Positions 1-11,735 of a DNA stretch of 46,547 nucleotides are shown here, one piece after another (position 1 is the stretch's first letter; each line of letters opens with the position of its first letter). The stretch lies in contig NC_057759.1 of NCBI RefSeq assembly GCF_004010195.1, positions 4,690,054-4,736,600 of the forward strand, given 5' to 3'. Source of the DNA: Chiloscyllium plagiosum (taxonomy: Eukaryota). The notes under the pieces were generated by a model. It saw only the letters and a list, made by a program, of their open reading frames with translations, had not been told where the DNA came from and did no database searches. The translations under genes were made by a program, and so were the position numbers.

Positions 1-84
1 ATCAGCCATGATCATATTGAATGGCGGTGCAGGCTCGAAGGACTGAATGGCCTACTCCTGCACCTATTGTCTATTGTCTATTGA
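1..84 (+). mobile_element. CR1 LINE 3' end
   Basis: CR1-type 3' terminal sequence (GAATGGCCTACTCCTGCACC) followed by a short (CTATTGT)n tail. Confidence 0.8.
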
Positions 85-179
85 TTTAAATAAAAATCTG
101 GAATTAAAAGACTAACTATGACCTGTTTGATTGTGACAGGGACCTACCTGACGACAGCAAGAACTGTTAACAATATCAG

Positions 180-420
180 TCAATGGGAGGCGGTTGGATG
201 CTCGGCAATTGAGTGGGAAAATGGTCAAGAGTCGAGTGGTTGGTACTCATGGACACGAGGAGCTCCCAAGGTCGGAGAAAGTTGACTATTCAGGACTCAG
301 ACAAGGTGAAACTTCAGAGACAGTTTCAGGGAAAGGAGGGACATGGAATAGACACCTGCTCAGATTATCTCAATTTGAATGACAAAGAAGCTCAATGAGC
401 TCCTTACTACAAGTTTGAGG
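180..420 (+). mobile_element. Possible Ty3/gypsy integrase C-terminal remnant
   Basis: Frame-switching translation GKW..RVVGTHG..RS....TIQDSDKVK loosely fits the KWxxGxVxxxxGxRSY...RHxDQ pattern; highly decayed. Confidence 0.3.
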
Positions 421-1353
421 AGAGAGAAAGGTGAACTTTTCAAAAGGAAATGCGAAGGACACTAGAAAGTGTCAGTAAGCTGGGTGTTTACCTCAAATTT
501 GATATAATTGACTTTTTATCCCATTATAAACACCTGAAACCAAGCTAGAATTTCCACAAGGTCAATTGAGGAAGACTACAATGAATCAAATTGGATGCTG
601 GATATGATTATCAGCAAATTCCAACTCCTTCAGTGATGGAAGTTACACAGGCAGTTATGTAGTTAACTTAGTGTTGTAATGCATACCCAGTATCATATAA
701 CAGGCCTCCAGTAACAGATAATGATAGTGCGTTGTGACAGGTTAGCCGAGTCACTGGTACATGAGCTCATGCTGAAGATGATGAGATGGTAATGTGATAG
801 GTTAAGTGTAATGGAGGGAACCGGTGTGGTGATTAGAAAGATAAAGCAAGCCAGCATGACTGGCTATGCTAATGTTATCCAATAAGCGCTGGAAGAACAA
901 CTGTATAAGTTGCAGGAGAACAAAGAGCCTGTGGGCAGCCAGGGAAGGCACTTAGCTGGCTCCCACAGCTTTGATTTTGCAAGATTAAAGTTTAATTTAG
1001 TGAAGGATTTTCTGTGTCTCCTGGTAATTCTTTATAAAACATTGAGTGATTCTTCCCCAACACAGTCAGAGGGAGATCACTTCAATGAGTACTTACAAGT
1101 TAGAAATAGGTTTTATATAGTGTGTTTAACATAAAGTGCATTTATTTCACTGTCATCCCGAACAGTTATCCATTCAACTGAGCTGGAGTTCATTAACTTC
1201 AGTGGAAACCTGTCCCAGTGGATATCATTTTGTTATCAATTACAAAACTAATTAAGTTCTTTGACATAGCTCCATATCAGGTGAGACTTGAAGCAAAATC
1301 TTCTGGCTGAGACTATAAAGCAGGGAGATGTCCACAGTAAAAACCAGGCACTG

Positions 1354-1812
1354 TCATTTCTCATGAATACGCTGGTGTTTCAGCAGACTGGATTTCACAA
1401 TGTATCTCTTCCCACAGTCAGTGACTCTACCTTCTGAGAGATCGCTGTTGTTTTAACACGTTGGATTTATGAGAAAACCTTTCCCATTGTGTGAGCAGGT
1501 GAATGGTCACTCCCCAGTGTGGATCCGTTGGTGTTTAATGAGGTTGGACGATGGCTTGCACCCACACCCACAGTGAGAGCACATGGTCTCTCGTCACTGT
1601 GAGCATGTTGTTGGGATATCAATGCCCCAGAGTTTTTAAAACACCTCCCACATTCTGAGCATTTCAAAGATCTGTTCTCTGTGTGAAGTTGCTGGGGCTT
1701 CAGCAAGGTGGATGATCGAGTGAATCCTTTCCCATCCTTGGAACAGATGAATGACCTTTCTCCGCTGTGGCTGTATTTATACTGTGACAGGGCAGATGAT
1801 CTGCTGAAGATT
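1354..1812 (-). pseudogene. C2H2 zinc-finger array pseudogene (about 5 degenerate fingers)
   Basis: Linkers HSGERSF, HTENRSLKCSECG and HSDERPC; after a frameshift, SSNLIKHQRIHTGE*PFTC and a terminal KSSLLKHQRIHEK* (stop at 1354-1356); lost Cys/His ligands and an internal stop. Confidence 0.85.
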
Positions 1813-1939
1813 TGGGACGAGAAGGGATTCCCGTACTTCTCGTACGTCCCCGACCACCAAGGCAATACTTAAAGGTCCCTTTTCTTACCTTGGTCTGTGC
1901 ACAAGAGATACCTGGTTGAATCCGCGCGTCCTTATCCCG

Positions 1940-2580
1940 TGGCAATACCTGGCAACCACTACCGTTGCCTATCCCGGTCACTTGCCCGACCGAACTTCCT
2001 GCCCCATGTTTGTGCACCTTGTCCCGCAGCAATTCCCCGGATAGATCCACCTGGCAACAGTGACAACTGCTACCTACCCTGGTTGATCGGGTTCGCATAA
2101 CCCGGTCGCCCAGAAGCCCGGTTCCCCGGATATATCCAACAGGCAGCAACTACCGCTGTCAGCCACCCGGATACATCCAACTGGCAACGGTAACAACCGC
2201 TACCTACCCTGGTTGATGCGTTCGCCTAACCCGGTCGCCCAGAACCCCAGTTCCCCGGATACCCGGATACATCTGAGTGGCAGCAACTGCCGCTGCCGGC
2301 CTCCTGGATATATCCACCTGGCAACAGTATCAACGGCTACCCACACTGGCTGACCGGATTCACCTCTTCCAGTCGCCAGCACCCCGGTTCCCCGGATACC
2401 CGGATACATCTGACTGGCAGCAACTGCCGCTGCCGGCCTCCCGGATATATCCACTTGGCAATAGTATCAATGGCTACCCACCCTGGCTGACAGGATTCGC
2501 CTATTCCAGTTGCCAGCACCCCGGGTCCCCGGATATATCAGACTGGCAGCAACTACTCCTGCCTACCCCGGTCGCCCAGA
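1940..2580. repeat. GC-rich tandem array in the ERV leader, period about 130-137 nt, 4-5 copies
   Basis: CCACCTGGCAACAGT-like unit starts near 2047, 2177, 2314 and 2451, with a partial copy near 1945. Confidence 0.9.
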
Positions 2581-2793
2581 TAAATCTTTTAAGACTTTCT
2601 TACCCAGGTCTTGTGCACACAAGAGTCACCCAACCGAACCTGTCGCGTCTGCCCATCTTGTTTCCAGGGTCTCTCAGTCCGGATCACGCTCGCCAAAAGC
2701 CGCCACGGCAACAAGGGTAAACTAGAGATGGCCGAAATCAGCGAGGTGCACCTTCTCCGTTTCTCCAAAAATGCCGAGTGACCAGAGCTTGGG

Positions 2794-2812
2794 ATCCCAG
2801 AACGAGCCCCCA
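2794..2812 (-). promoter_or_regulatory. Retroviral primer-binding site, tRNA-Pro type
   Basis: Minus strand TGGGGGCTCGTTCTGGGAT versus canonical PBS-Pro TGGGGGCTCGTCCGGGAT, 4 nt after the LTR-terminal CA. Confidence 0.85.
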
Positions 2813-2816
2813 AATC

Positions 2817-3829
2817 TGTTAGAAACAAATTTAATAAAATTTAGACGAGACCACCTAAACTGGAAACAAGACAATTTATTCTACGATCTTGCAAGAAAGG
2901 GCATCAAATGCAGAAGCAATTGAGCAAATTAGAACTCAGGTTAGTGTACAGTTATACCCTATGAGCTGAGTGAGGTCATCCCTCCAGACTCCTAATTACC
3001 CAATCTCTCTTACTGTACCATACCACTGCCCAGCTGCGCTCCACCCTTATTACTTCCCCCTTTCCCAGGTTGGCAACCTTCCTCTCTGTAAGTGCTGACA
3101 CACACATTATTTTGTCGACAGTACATCAAGATCTGGTTTAACATCTTGTATCAATTCTGCTGGTACACTCCATTTCTGCTGGTACATTCCATCCTCGGAC
3201 ATTTCATTAACTTGTATCATTTTGTATAGCCCAAGCATTTCCGTTGTCTCAGCTTTTTGCTGAAAACATAATTTTTAAAAAGAACTTATTTGCTATAATA
3301 ATTAATATTTAATTAACCACAATTATACACTGAAAAGTAGAGATACTCTTCCCTAAATACCTGCAGAGTTAATAGTTCTCTTGCTGTACCCCTTTTCTGT
3401 ATGCTTTTTCTATATCTGCAAAAACAACACTTTTCCCCATTTCTCACAAGCTCAAACTAAGTCTCATTCAATCTGTTCTGTGCCTGTGGAAAGGATGTTC
3501 TCTGTTTTGACAGGGTTAACATACCTTCTGTTTGTTAGAAGCAGCTGGTCACACTTAGTTTTGTACTGAGGAAATATGACTTTGTCTTCGTCATTCAAAT
3601 ATTTGCTTGGCGGAACACAGAAGATTTTTCACCTCTAAATCAATATAAGCCACGTTAGGCAAGATTAAACTGATCAGTGTGGCAGACAGTTAATAATCAT
3701 TTGGGTATTTTTAAACCTGGCAATTCAAACAGAACCAGGTTTCAATTCTACTCTTTCCCCGAGTTGCACCACGTCTCCTTTTCTTTTAATTGCAACTTTG
3801 TGACAATTCGGTGAGATCCAGAACTAACA
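2817..3829 (-). repeat. ERV LTR (about 1.0 kb; right boundary tentative)
   Basis: Terminal inverted repeat TGTTAG...CTAACA; minus-strand TATAA at 2952-2956 and AATAAA at 2875-2880; 19-nt tandem duplication at 3155-3192 in U3. Confidence 0.65.
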
Positions 3830-3905
3830 TCTGCACACCTCCAAGAATGGGAATTCCCGAAGCAGCTGCTATGCTGACATACACCAACAGCAAGGTGCCA
3901 ATACA
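3830..3905 (-). pseudogene. Probable 5' part of the zinc-finger exon, separated from the array by the ERV
   Basis: Polypyrimidine tract plus AG acceptor (CTTGTTCTTTCCTTCAACACTTAG); ends in EFPFLEVCR, which resembles EKPFKCEVC. Confidence 0.5.
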
Positions 3906-4049
3906 CTAAGTGTTGAAGGAAAGAACAAGGGACGCTATGTGTAATGTTTTACTCGAAACTTCAAGTCTGTTCACTCTAATAACGTATCCTTTATAAGATT
4001 GTCACAAAATTATGGTCTGTACTTCCATTCTTCACTGCCCAACATCAAC

Positions 4050-4530
4050 ACACAGCATGAAACAGAAGCCAAACATTTAATTCCCTCAGTGTTTAGGGGA
4101 TTGCAAACCCCAAGAATGTCCCACAGCAGCTTCTTCCCGCTCTGTCTCCCTCAGCAGGCCCACACACAGCCCGAGAAAGGCCTCTCTCTTCCCCCCAGCC
4201 CGCTCACTCCAAGTTCCGGGACCAGTTCCTGCTCCGCTCGGCCTCTTACAAACAGCCCCCGGTTCTCCCTGAACTCACCCCGAATCAATCCCGGTCTCGG
4301 AGCCCCCTCTGTGTCCCAGGCTCCCATCCCGATGTGCTGCTGGAAGGAGCCTGCTGTTCCCTCGCTTCCCTGGGCGCTGATCTCTCCATTGCGGTCTGTT
4401 TCAAACAAACCTCTTGCACTCACTGAGTCAATGCTCCTCAATGGCAGCGCTGGGGGACGGACTCATGCATGCGCTCCTCTGCTCAAGAACATTTCTGCTT
4501 TGGAGGAAGGGCAGTATCGCGCATGCGCCA
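4050..4530 (-). promoter_or_regulatory. CpG-rich promoter/first-exon block, copy 1 (faces left)
   Basis: NRF1-type GCGCATGCGC at 4519-4528; donor GG|GTGAGT at 4273-4278; inverted duplicate of 15280-15745. Confidence 0.65.
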
Positions 4531-4649
4531 AAGGACACAAGTGGTGATTGGGTTAGGATATGGTAGGAGTAAGGATTCTCACTATGATGGAGTGTAAGGG
4601 GTAAAGATATAGAGGCTATTGTGGGTGCAGACTCGATGACTGAAGTGTT

Positions 4650-5730
4650 TTTCTGTGCTGTATGAATATATCTGTGTCAGCTGTTGCTCTGCGTATCTCA
4701 GAGTATAGTTATTAATCTGTACATGTCAGTCTCTGGTTTATTACTGCATTTATCATACGCCACATGTCAAAGCTTTTGTACTGTATATGTGAGAATCTAG
4801 TTATCAACCTACAACTTTCATACAGCCTTTCATACACTCTGATCAGATACCCGAGACTGACCAAATCTCATTTGTTAGCATTTGACACATATCCCTTTAT
4901 ATCCTTCCTGTTCATTTACCCATCCAGGTTACTTTTAAATGTTGTAATTGTTCCCAACCTTCATCAAATCCTCTGGAAGCTCATTCCATATGGACATCAC
5001 CCCCTGCATGAAAGGTTGTCCCTTAGGTCATTTCAAATCTTTGCCCTCTCACCTTAAACCTATGCCCTCTATGCTCCACCACTCGAGGAGAAAGACCTTG
5101 GCTTTTCATTCTATCGATGCCCCTCATGATTTTATAAGCAGCTGTAAAAATCACCCTCAGCTTCCGATCCTCCACAGAAGAAAAAGCCCCAGCCTATTCA
5201 GCCTCTCCTGATAGTTCAAACCCTCTAGTCCTGGTAACATCTCTGTCAATATTTTTTGCACCCTCTTAAGATTAACAACATTTTTCCTATAACCGCGTGA
5301 CCAGAATTGTATGCAGTCCGCTAAAACTACCCTAACCAATGTCCTGTGCAGCCCTAACATGATATCCCAGCTCGTAAACTCGATATGCTTACTAAAGAAG
5401 GCAAGCATGCCAAACTCCTTTTTTCCACAATCTGTTATACCTGCCACTCCACTTTCAACCAGCAATTCATATGCACCTGTAGGTCTTATTGTTTGGCAAC
5501 ACTCGCCAGGCTCCTACCATTAACTGTGTAAGTCCTGCCCTATTTTGAGCAATGAGAATATATGTGTAACTATCATTCACTCCCTGTCAGCCTCTGCAAT
5601 GTGAATATGTGAGAGCAGCTTCGTCAGTTTCTGCTGTGTGACTGTGAGAGTGAAGTCCTTAATCTGTACGAACCACTTTCTACTCTTGCGTACCAATTTG
5701 GCTTAATTCTCTGGCAGCCACTAATATTCT
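4650..5730 (-). repeat. Degenerate satellite block homologous to 17861 onward, interrupted by CR1
   Basis: Reverse complement of 5620-5730 aligns with 17861-17970 (AGAATATTAxTGGCTGCCAGAGAATT...CTCACAGTCACACAGCAGAAACTG). Confidence 0.7.
4830..5545 (-). mobile_element. CR1 LINE 3' fragment
   Basis: ORF2 C-terminal motifs CIQFWS, LKRVQK and LNYQERLNRLGLF. Confidence 0.9.
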
Positions 5731-6828
5731 CCGTGACTGCGGTTTATTCCGTAGAGAAGGAATGAGATGTTTAATTAACATATAGGGATGGTTTTGAAAT
5801 GTGAAATAAAGAGATTAATTGCAGATTGCAGTTCTTGGCGCTTGGTTTTGTTTCTGCCAGTTCGTCAGGTCCAGAAAAAAAAACGGTAGAAAGAAACAGA
5901 TGCGGTTCGGCAAATGAATGAGCGAGAGAGATTGTCTGAAGTATACATTTGTAACCTAATTAACAGGTATTGGTGGATTCTCCTCTGAACAACGTCCTCC
6001 TTCTTATACAGCATTCTTTTATGCAAAACATACTCCGTTACTTGTGAATCGGCGGGCTTTTCAAATTGGAAAGAAAGCTGGTTAGCATTTGGCGCTGGCT
6101 TCGAGAGAAGAGAACGTGCCCTCTCTTCTCTGCCTCTTGGGAACATATTAAACACCAGTGAATCTATTTTTCTGTTTACTGCTATTTGCTCAAGTTACTC
6201 TCTATTTGATTATTCCGGGAGCTACAAGCCCCAGTTGGCGTGTAAGCCCTGAGTTTCATCATTGGGAAACAAAATAAGTTCCCTTTCTCTTACAGACCCA
6301 CGTGTAGATACATTACACACTGATTTCTCAACTTACAAAACTCCGCGGAATTCTGTTGGGTTGCAGAATGTTGTAAATGGGGCTTTCTGCTTCTGTTAGA
6401 AGCTTTCAAAATGAACCGAGATCAAACCAGAACAGTGGCCGGACTGGAATAGTTAATGTGGAGCTTTTGCAACAAGGGAGTACGATATTAAAATAATATC
6501 TAAAGGCGGTGTTCGTTATTAATGCGCTCCTGGCGAATAACGTTCATGTAATCCTGACAGGGCTGAATGAGGGCATTCGGCCCATCGAGTCTGAACCTCC
6601 CCTCCAAAGAGCATCTCGGATCCTTCAAACAGCCCATGGGCTCACTTCTCCTAAAGAGAGACTGTGTGAACTGTACTTTTATAATCTAAAAGCAAATTAA
6701 CGATGAATTACAAAAGCATTATTTTCTATAAAACTCCCTTCTCTCATCTCCATCTCGGCGGGATGCCCAAATCTGAACGAAAACGGATGATGATTTCCCG
6801 CCTGCCTTCTCAGCAATGATCAGATAGT

Positions 6829-7041
6829 AGTCATGATTCGGAGATGCCTGTGTTGGACTGGGGTGTACAAAGTTAAAAATCACACAACACCAAGTTATAC
6901 TCCAACAGGTTTAATTGAAAGCAGTAGCTTTCGGAGCGCTGCTCCTTCATGGCAACCACGTGATGAAGGGGCTTCGCTTTGAAAGTTAGTGCTTCCAATT
7001 AAACCTGTTGGACTACAACCTGGTGTTGTGTGATTTTTAAC
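6829..7041. mobile_element. Penelope-type terminal fragment in fold-back (inverted) arrangement
   Basis: About 80-nt inverted arms spanning 6872-7041; flanking duplication CAATGATCA(G/T)ATAGT at 6814 and 7041. Confidence 0.75.
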
Positions 7042-7329
7042 AATGATCATATAGTTACAGCTGGTGGGAACGCCAAGGGAGATAATTAGGAGAGAGGGTC
7101 TTTAATCCGGAATACTCCACTACCTTCGTAGATGATGTACAAATTTCATTGCAATACGTATTCTTTTCACTGCCGCTGAATGGGAATAACTCCCCGGCTA
7201 TGCATTACTCACTGATGTTTAACATGCTCGCTTTCAATCTCGGAATAAAAAAGACTCTGTGTCGAAAAATTGACTCACTGGTGAGTCAATGTTTTTGAAG
7301 ATGCAAATTAGGAAAGGGAGTAAGGTATG

Positions 7330-7411
7330 ATCGTTTGGAATATATTTTTGTAATGGCAAAAACAAATCACATCGTTTGGAATATATTTTTGTAATGGCAA
7401 AAACAAATCAC
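7330..7411. repeat. Perfect 41-nt tandem duplication
   Basis: ATCGTTTGGAATATATTTTTGTAATGGCAAAAACAAATCAC x2. Confidence 0.95.
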
Positions 7412-7757
7412 CGAATAAGAATTCACACATTCTCCTCTGGCATTTTGGCGGGCTTTTCAATTCGAAATAAAAGCGGCCGATCTCTTGGCGCCAAATCTTC
7501 TCTCGCACCTTCTGCACAGCAAGCCATGTTAACATCACGATAAACAATGAGGAGAGAGGGCTTTTGTTGGGGGAATTCCTAATTATGTAGTAAAATTACA
7601 AATCTCTAATATCATATTATAATAAATTCTGCGATCACCAAAGACCTCGGTCGCTGTATTTTCATTGTCGCTGACTGACTCCAAATCAATACTTTACTCA
7701 ATCCCCATTTACTTGTTCCTTTCATAATAACAATACTAATGCAACCCATCGTTTCCT

Positions 7758-7794
7758 GCTCTCTCTGGATGGTTTAGTGGCTCTGAAAAGAGCC
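7758..7794 (-). terminator. Histone 3' stem-loop and purine-rich downstream element (U7 HDE)
   Basis: GGCTCTTTTCAGAGCC at 7779-7794 followed by AGAGAGAG about 12 nt later. Confidence 0.95.
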
Positions 7795-7848
7795 GTTGTG
7801 TTTCTCTCTCTCTCTCGGGGTGCATGTGCCGGGCCGGCCAGGCTCCGT

Positions 7849-8500
<652 letters not shown>

Positions 8501-8788
8501 CCCTCACAAAACTTGAGATTAAATTAACCATTAAAACGCAAAACATCACCCGTCTGCAACGAAGATAAAAAGTAATATTTTATAGTAATTATTTAAAACC
8601 GAGTTAGCTGTCAGCGCGGACAGGAGGCGGAATCATTGCCTGATCTGTCTGTAACAGGCAGGAGGAAAGGCGGGGTTTAAAACAGCCCAGGCAAACTGAA
8701 CAACCGAACTTGTACCGGCCGTGAATCAATCTAAATAACCCCGCCGATTTAAGCATCTTAAAATCAGTGACACCGATAAAAAGACAGA

Positions 8789-9406
8789 TCACTTTCGCTT
8801 TGGCCTTGCCTTTAGCCGGTTTGCTGAGGGGTTTGGGGGTTTTAGGGCCCTTGGCCTTTTTCACCTTCTTCACGGGAGTCCGTTTCTTTGGCGCTGTTTT
8901 GCTCACCACTTTCTTTGGCGGTGCCGTCTTCTTGCCACTCGCTTTCTTGGCTGGGGATTTCTTGACTGTCGCTTTCTTGGCCGGGGATTTCTTCGCTGTC
9001 GCCTTCTTGGCCGGTGATTTCTTCACGGCCGGTTTTTTGGCGGCCGCTGATGTTCCCGCCTTCTTTCCCGCTTTTGCCTTGACTGGATTCTTTGGGAGTT
9101 TGAAGGAGCCGGAGACGCCCTGGCCCTTGACCAGAACAAGGGAGCCGTTCGCCAGGCACCTCCTGATACTCATCTTGATCTGTGCCTTTCGCTTCTCTCG
9201 ATCCCGCTTCTCTCCAGCCCCTTCTTTACAGCGGACAGAGAACCCCCTTTGCGATCCTTCATATCCCCGACAACCTTCAGAATCAGCTCTCCCAACCCGG
9301 GACCGGGTGTTTTTTTCCTGGGAGCCGCTGCCTTCTTCTTGGGAGCCTTGGCTTTGGTGGGAGCGGATGCTGGAGGAGCCGTTTCGGCGGCTGCACTGTC
9401 GCTCAT
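8789..9406 (-). pseudogene. H1: Linker histone H1 pseudogene
   Basis: MSDSAAAETAPPA...; globular domain with GQGVSGSFKL; K/A/P-rich tail with KKSPAKK x3; frameshift near 9198 (ATC GA GAG AAG); likely ancestral AAG TGA end at 8789-8791 is out of frame; no stem-loop downstream. Confidence 0.9.
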
Positions 9407-9554
9407 GTTGAGAACTCTGCGCTGAATCTCTCTCTGGGTCAGTCTGAACTGGGTCAGCAATGAAGCTGCTGGGGGCGGCACTGAGCAACTTCAAGGCAGC
9501 GAGCGGACGGCGCAGGGACAACCCGCCGTCAGCTCCCTGCTCTTGCTGCCTCTC

Positions 9555-9561
9555 TGTGTTT
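9555..9561 (-). promoter_or_regulatory. H1-specific AC box (AAACACA)
   Basis: AAACACA about 150 nt upstream of the H1 ATG, with a GC-box-like CGGCGGGT near 9521. Confidence 0.75.
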
Positions 9562-10159
9562 CTCTAACGGCCTAAACTCTCCGATTGCTCTGAAATTCCG
9601 CATCTCCAGAGAGCCAGGCTCGATCGCTCCTCACCCTGACACTGGAAGGTTTACGGCCGAAAATTTTTCACTCGAATTGACGGCTCCGTTGTCGAGTTAA
9701 ACGCACTTTGCTGCTGCACTGATCGCGGTTTCTGAGCTGAACGGTGACATTGTCGCTACTTTTAGACCGAAATCTTGAAACTTACAAATATATTGATTTG
9801 AATTCTATCTTTGGGGTTTAGAAGGGGAGCAGAGGGATAACCTGAATTGTAAATATTTTTGAGTTATGTAAGAGAGACTTGGAAATATCATAATATTCGC
9901 GGACACACAAACACAGTTACGTTAAACTCACCGTCCGCCCTTTTCCGACAGTCTCTCTGACACAATATTCACACTCACACAGTCACACGCCAGAAATATC
10001 ACCAAATGTAAGTGTGGAAGGATAGAATTTCAGTCTTTGCTCCGGTATCCAGGGAGTTACTTGTAGTTTTTCTCCTCAGTAACTGTTATACTCTCATTAG
10101 CTCTATTGTTTACATCCTCAAAGATGGCCAGTCGGTTTGTCAAGCTTAGAAGACAGAAG

Positions 10160-10385
10160 TGTGCACTGGAACAGGCCCTTCATGTTCATGCTATCTCGAG
10201 CAGATCCTGAATACTGTTTTGTCAAATGCTTCACAATTGAAGCTTTCATTTTGATTTTTCTCTGCAGGCTGACTGGTCTATACTTCACAATTTTATACCT
10301 ACCTCCCTTTTCCATTGGATTGCTTACACTAGCTCGCCCCCAATCTGTGTAAATTATTGCAGAGTTTATAGAATATTGGAACATG
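10160..10385 (-). mobile_element. Old CR1 fragment
   Basis: Decayed KGGR...YRPVSL motif of the CR1 RT N-terminus. Confidence 0.6.
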
Positions 10386-10399
10386 ACCACCACCGCATC

Positions 10400-10533
10400 C
10401 AGGCAAAAGTGAGGAATGCAGATGCTGGAAACCAGAGTTTAGATCAGAGTAGTGCTGGAAAAGCAGAGCAGGTCAGGCAGCATCCGAGGAGCAGGAAAAT
10501 CGATGTTTCGGACAAAAGCCCTTCACCAGGAAT
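10400..10533. mobile_element. Penelope-type terminal fragment
   Basis: GCAGATGCTGGA...GTGCTGGAAAAGCA...CAGGCAGCATCCGAGGAGCAGG family, also seen at 14802, 19225, 25010 and 36275. Confidence 0.65.
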
Positions 10534-11514
10534 CACCACTGCATCCAGTACAACTCAGCCCATTACATTAAATACTCTGTGACGTAGATGATCAAGACCT
10601 GGTTTTCCCAACCTTCAATCCTACCCACTGTCCCAACATCATTTCTCAAATAATTCTGATTTGGTTCAGTTTTTCCCTCTCAGTAAACTCCCCATTACTA
10701 CTGTGTTAGTTGTTGAACAGTTGAACATTTGTGAACAGAGAACAACATTATGTTAGAGATTTTTGAGACGTTTTTGTTCCCCATTTTAAACTCTGCTTTT
10801 TAATGTTGTAAGTGACAACATTACAACCTTTTTCTCCCTTTACACATTTATTTTTGCTTCAACAGTTATTTTTTCTTTCATGGCTTCTGCAACATTACTG
10901 TTTTCTTCATTTGCTCTTTGTTAGTCAAATCCCTTTTCCCTGCCATTGGCTGAATTTAGATCTGTTTGCAGCCTTCACATCTTTCACATCTTTCAAATTT
11001 CCCAAATTTTAAGCCTTTCCTTTGAACCAAAAATTATCTTGAATAGCCGTTTCAAGTTTCACAACATCCTTTCCATAGGAGAGAAACCAGAATTGCACAT
11101 AATATTCCAAAAGTGGCATAACCAATGTTCTGTACACTCACAATGTATTCATACTCAAAGCTGTGACCAGTAAGGGAAAACACATAAATGCCTTTTTTAC
11201 TATCCATCTAACTATAACTCTACTTTCAAGTAACAATGAATCTGCATTCCAACGTCTCTTAGTTCAGCAACACTCCACAGGACCTTAATATTAAGTGTGT
11301 AAGTCCTGCCCTGATTTGCCTTTGCAAATTGTTGCACCTCATATTGATTTAAATTGAACTCAATATGCCACTCCTGGGTCCAATCGCCCAACTGATAGAG
11401 GTCCTGCTGTATTCTGAGGTAGCCTTCTTTGCAGGCCACTACACCTCCAATTTTTGTGGAATCTGCAAACCTATTAACAATAGGTGCAACTTCACATCCA
11501 AATCATTCATAATA

Positions 11515-11667
11515 ATGTGGAGGTGCTAGTGTTGGACCGAGGTGTGCAAAGTTAAAAATGACACAACACCAGGTTATAGTCCAACAGGTTTATTTGGAAG
11601 TACAAGCATTCAGAGCATCGACACCTGACGGAGGAGCAGCACTCTGAAAGCTTGTACTTCCAAATAA
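11515..11667. mobile_element. Penelope-type fold-back fragment nested in CR1
   Basis: Same family as 6829-7041, with partial inverted arms. Confidence 0.7.
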
Positions 11668-11735
11668 GCGCAACATCGAGGGCCAAAGGGCCTGTACTGC
11701 GCTGTATTCTTCTATGTTCTATGTTCTATGTTCTA
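11668..11735 (+). mobile_element. Short CR1 3' tail insertion
   Basis: GGGCCAAAGGGCCTGTACTGCGCTG followed by (TTCTATG)n. Confidence 0.8.

Larger units (their letters stand above)
1813..3829 (-). mobile_element. Truncated class I (gamma/epsilon-like) endogenous retrovirus: 5' LTR, PBS and leader only
   Basis: PBS, LTR terminus ...CTAACA, leader repeats and splice donors are present; no gag/pol/env and no second LTR seen. Confidence 0.75.

Noticed and set aside
1940..2580. Repeat array as a CRISPR-like or coding repeat (ORFs 1700-2149 and 2277-2720)
   Set aside because: Units are contiguous with no unique spacers, the context is a eukaryotic ERV leader, and the ORFs are by-products of GC-rich repeats
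4151..4441. 96-aa ORF nearly identical to 15347-15637
   Set aside because: Identity follows from the DNA duplication; non-ATG start, it crosses a splice donor, and there is no recognisable domain
8604..9521. 305-aa ORF as a novel extended H1 variant
   Set aside because: Non-ATG start, out-of-frame N-terminus, half the globular domain missing; explained by frameshifts
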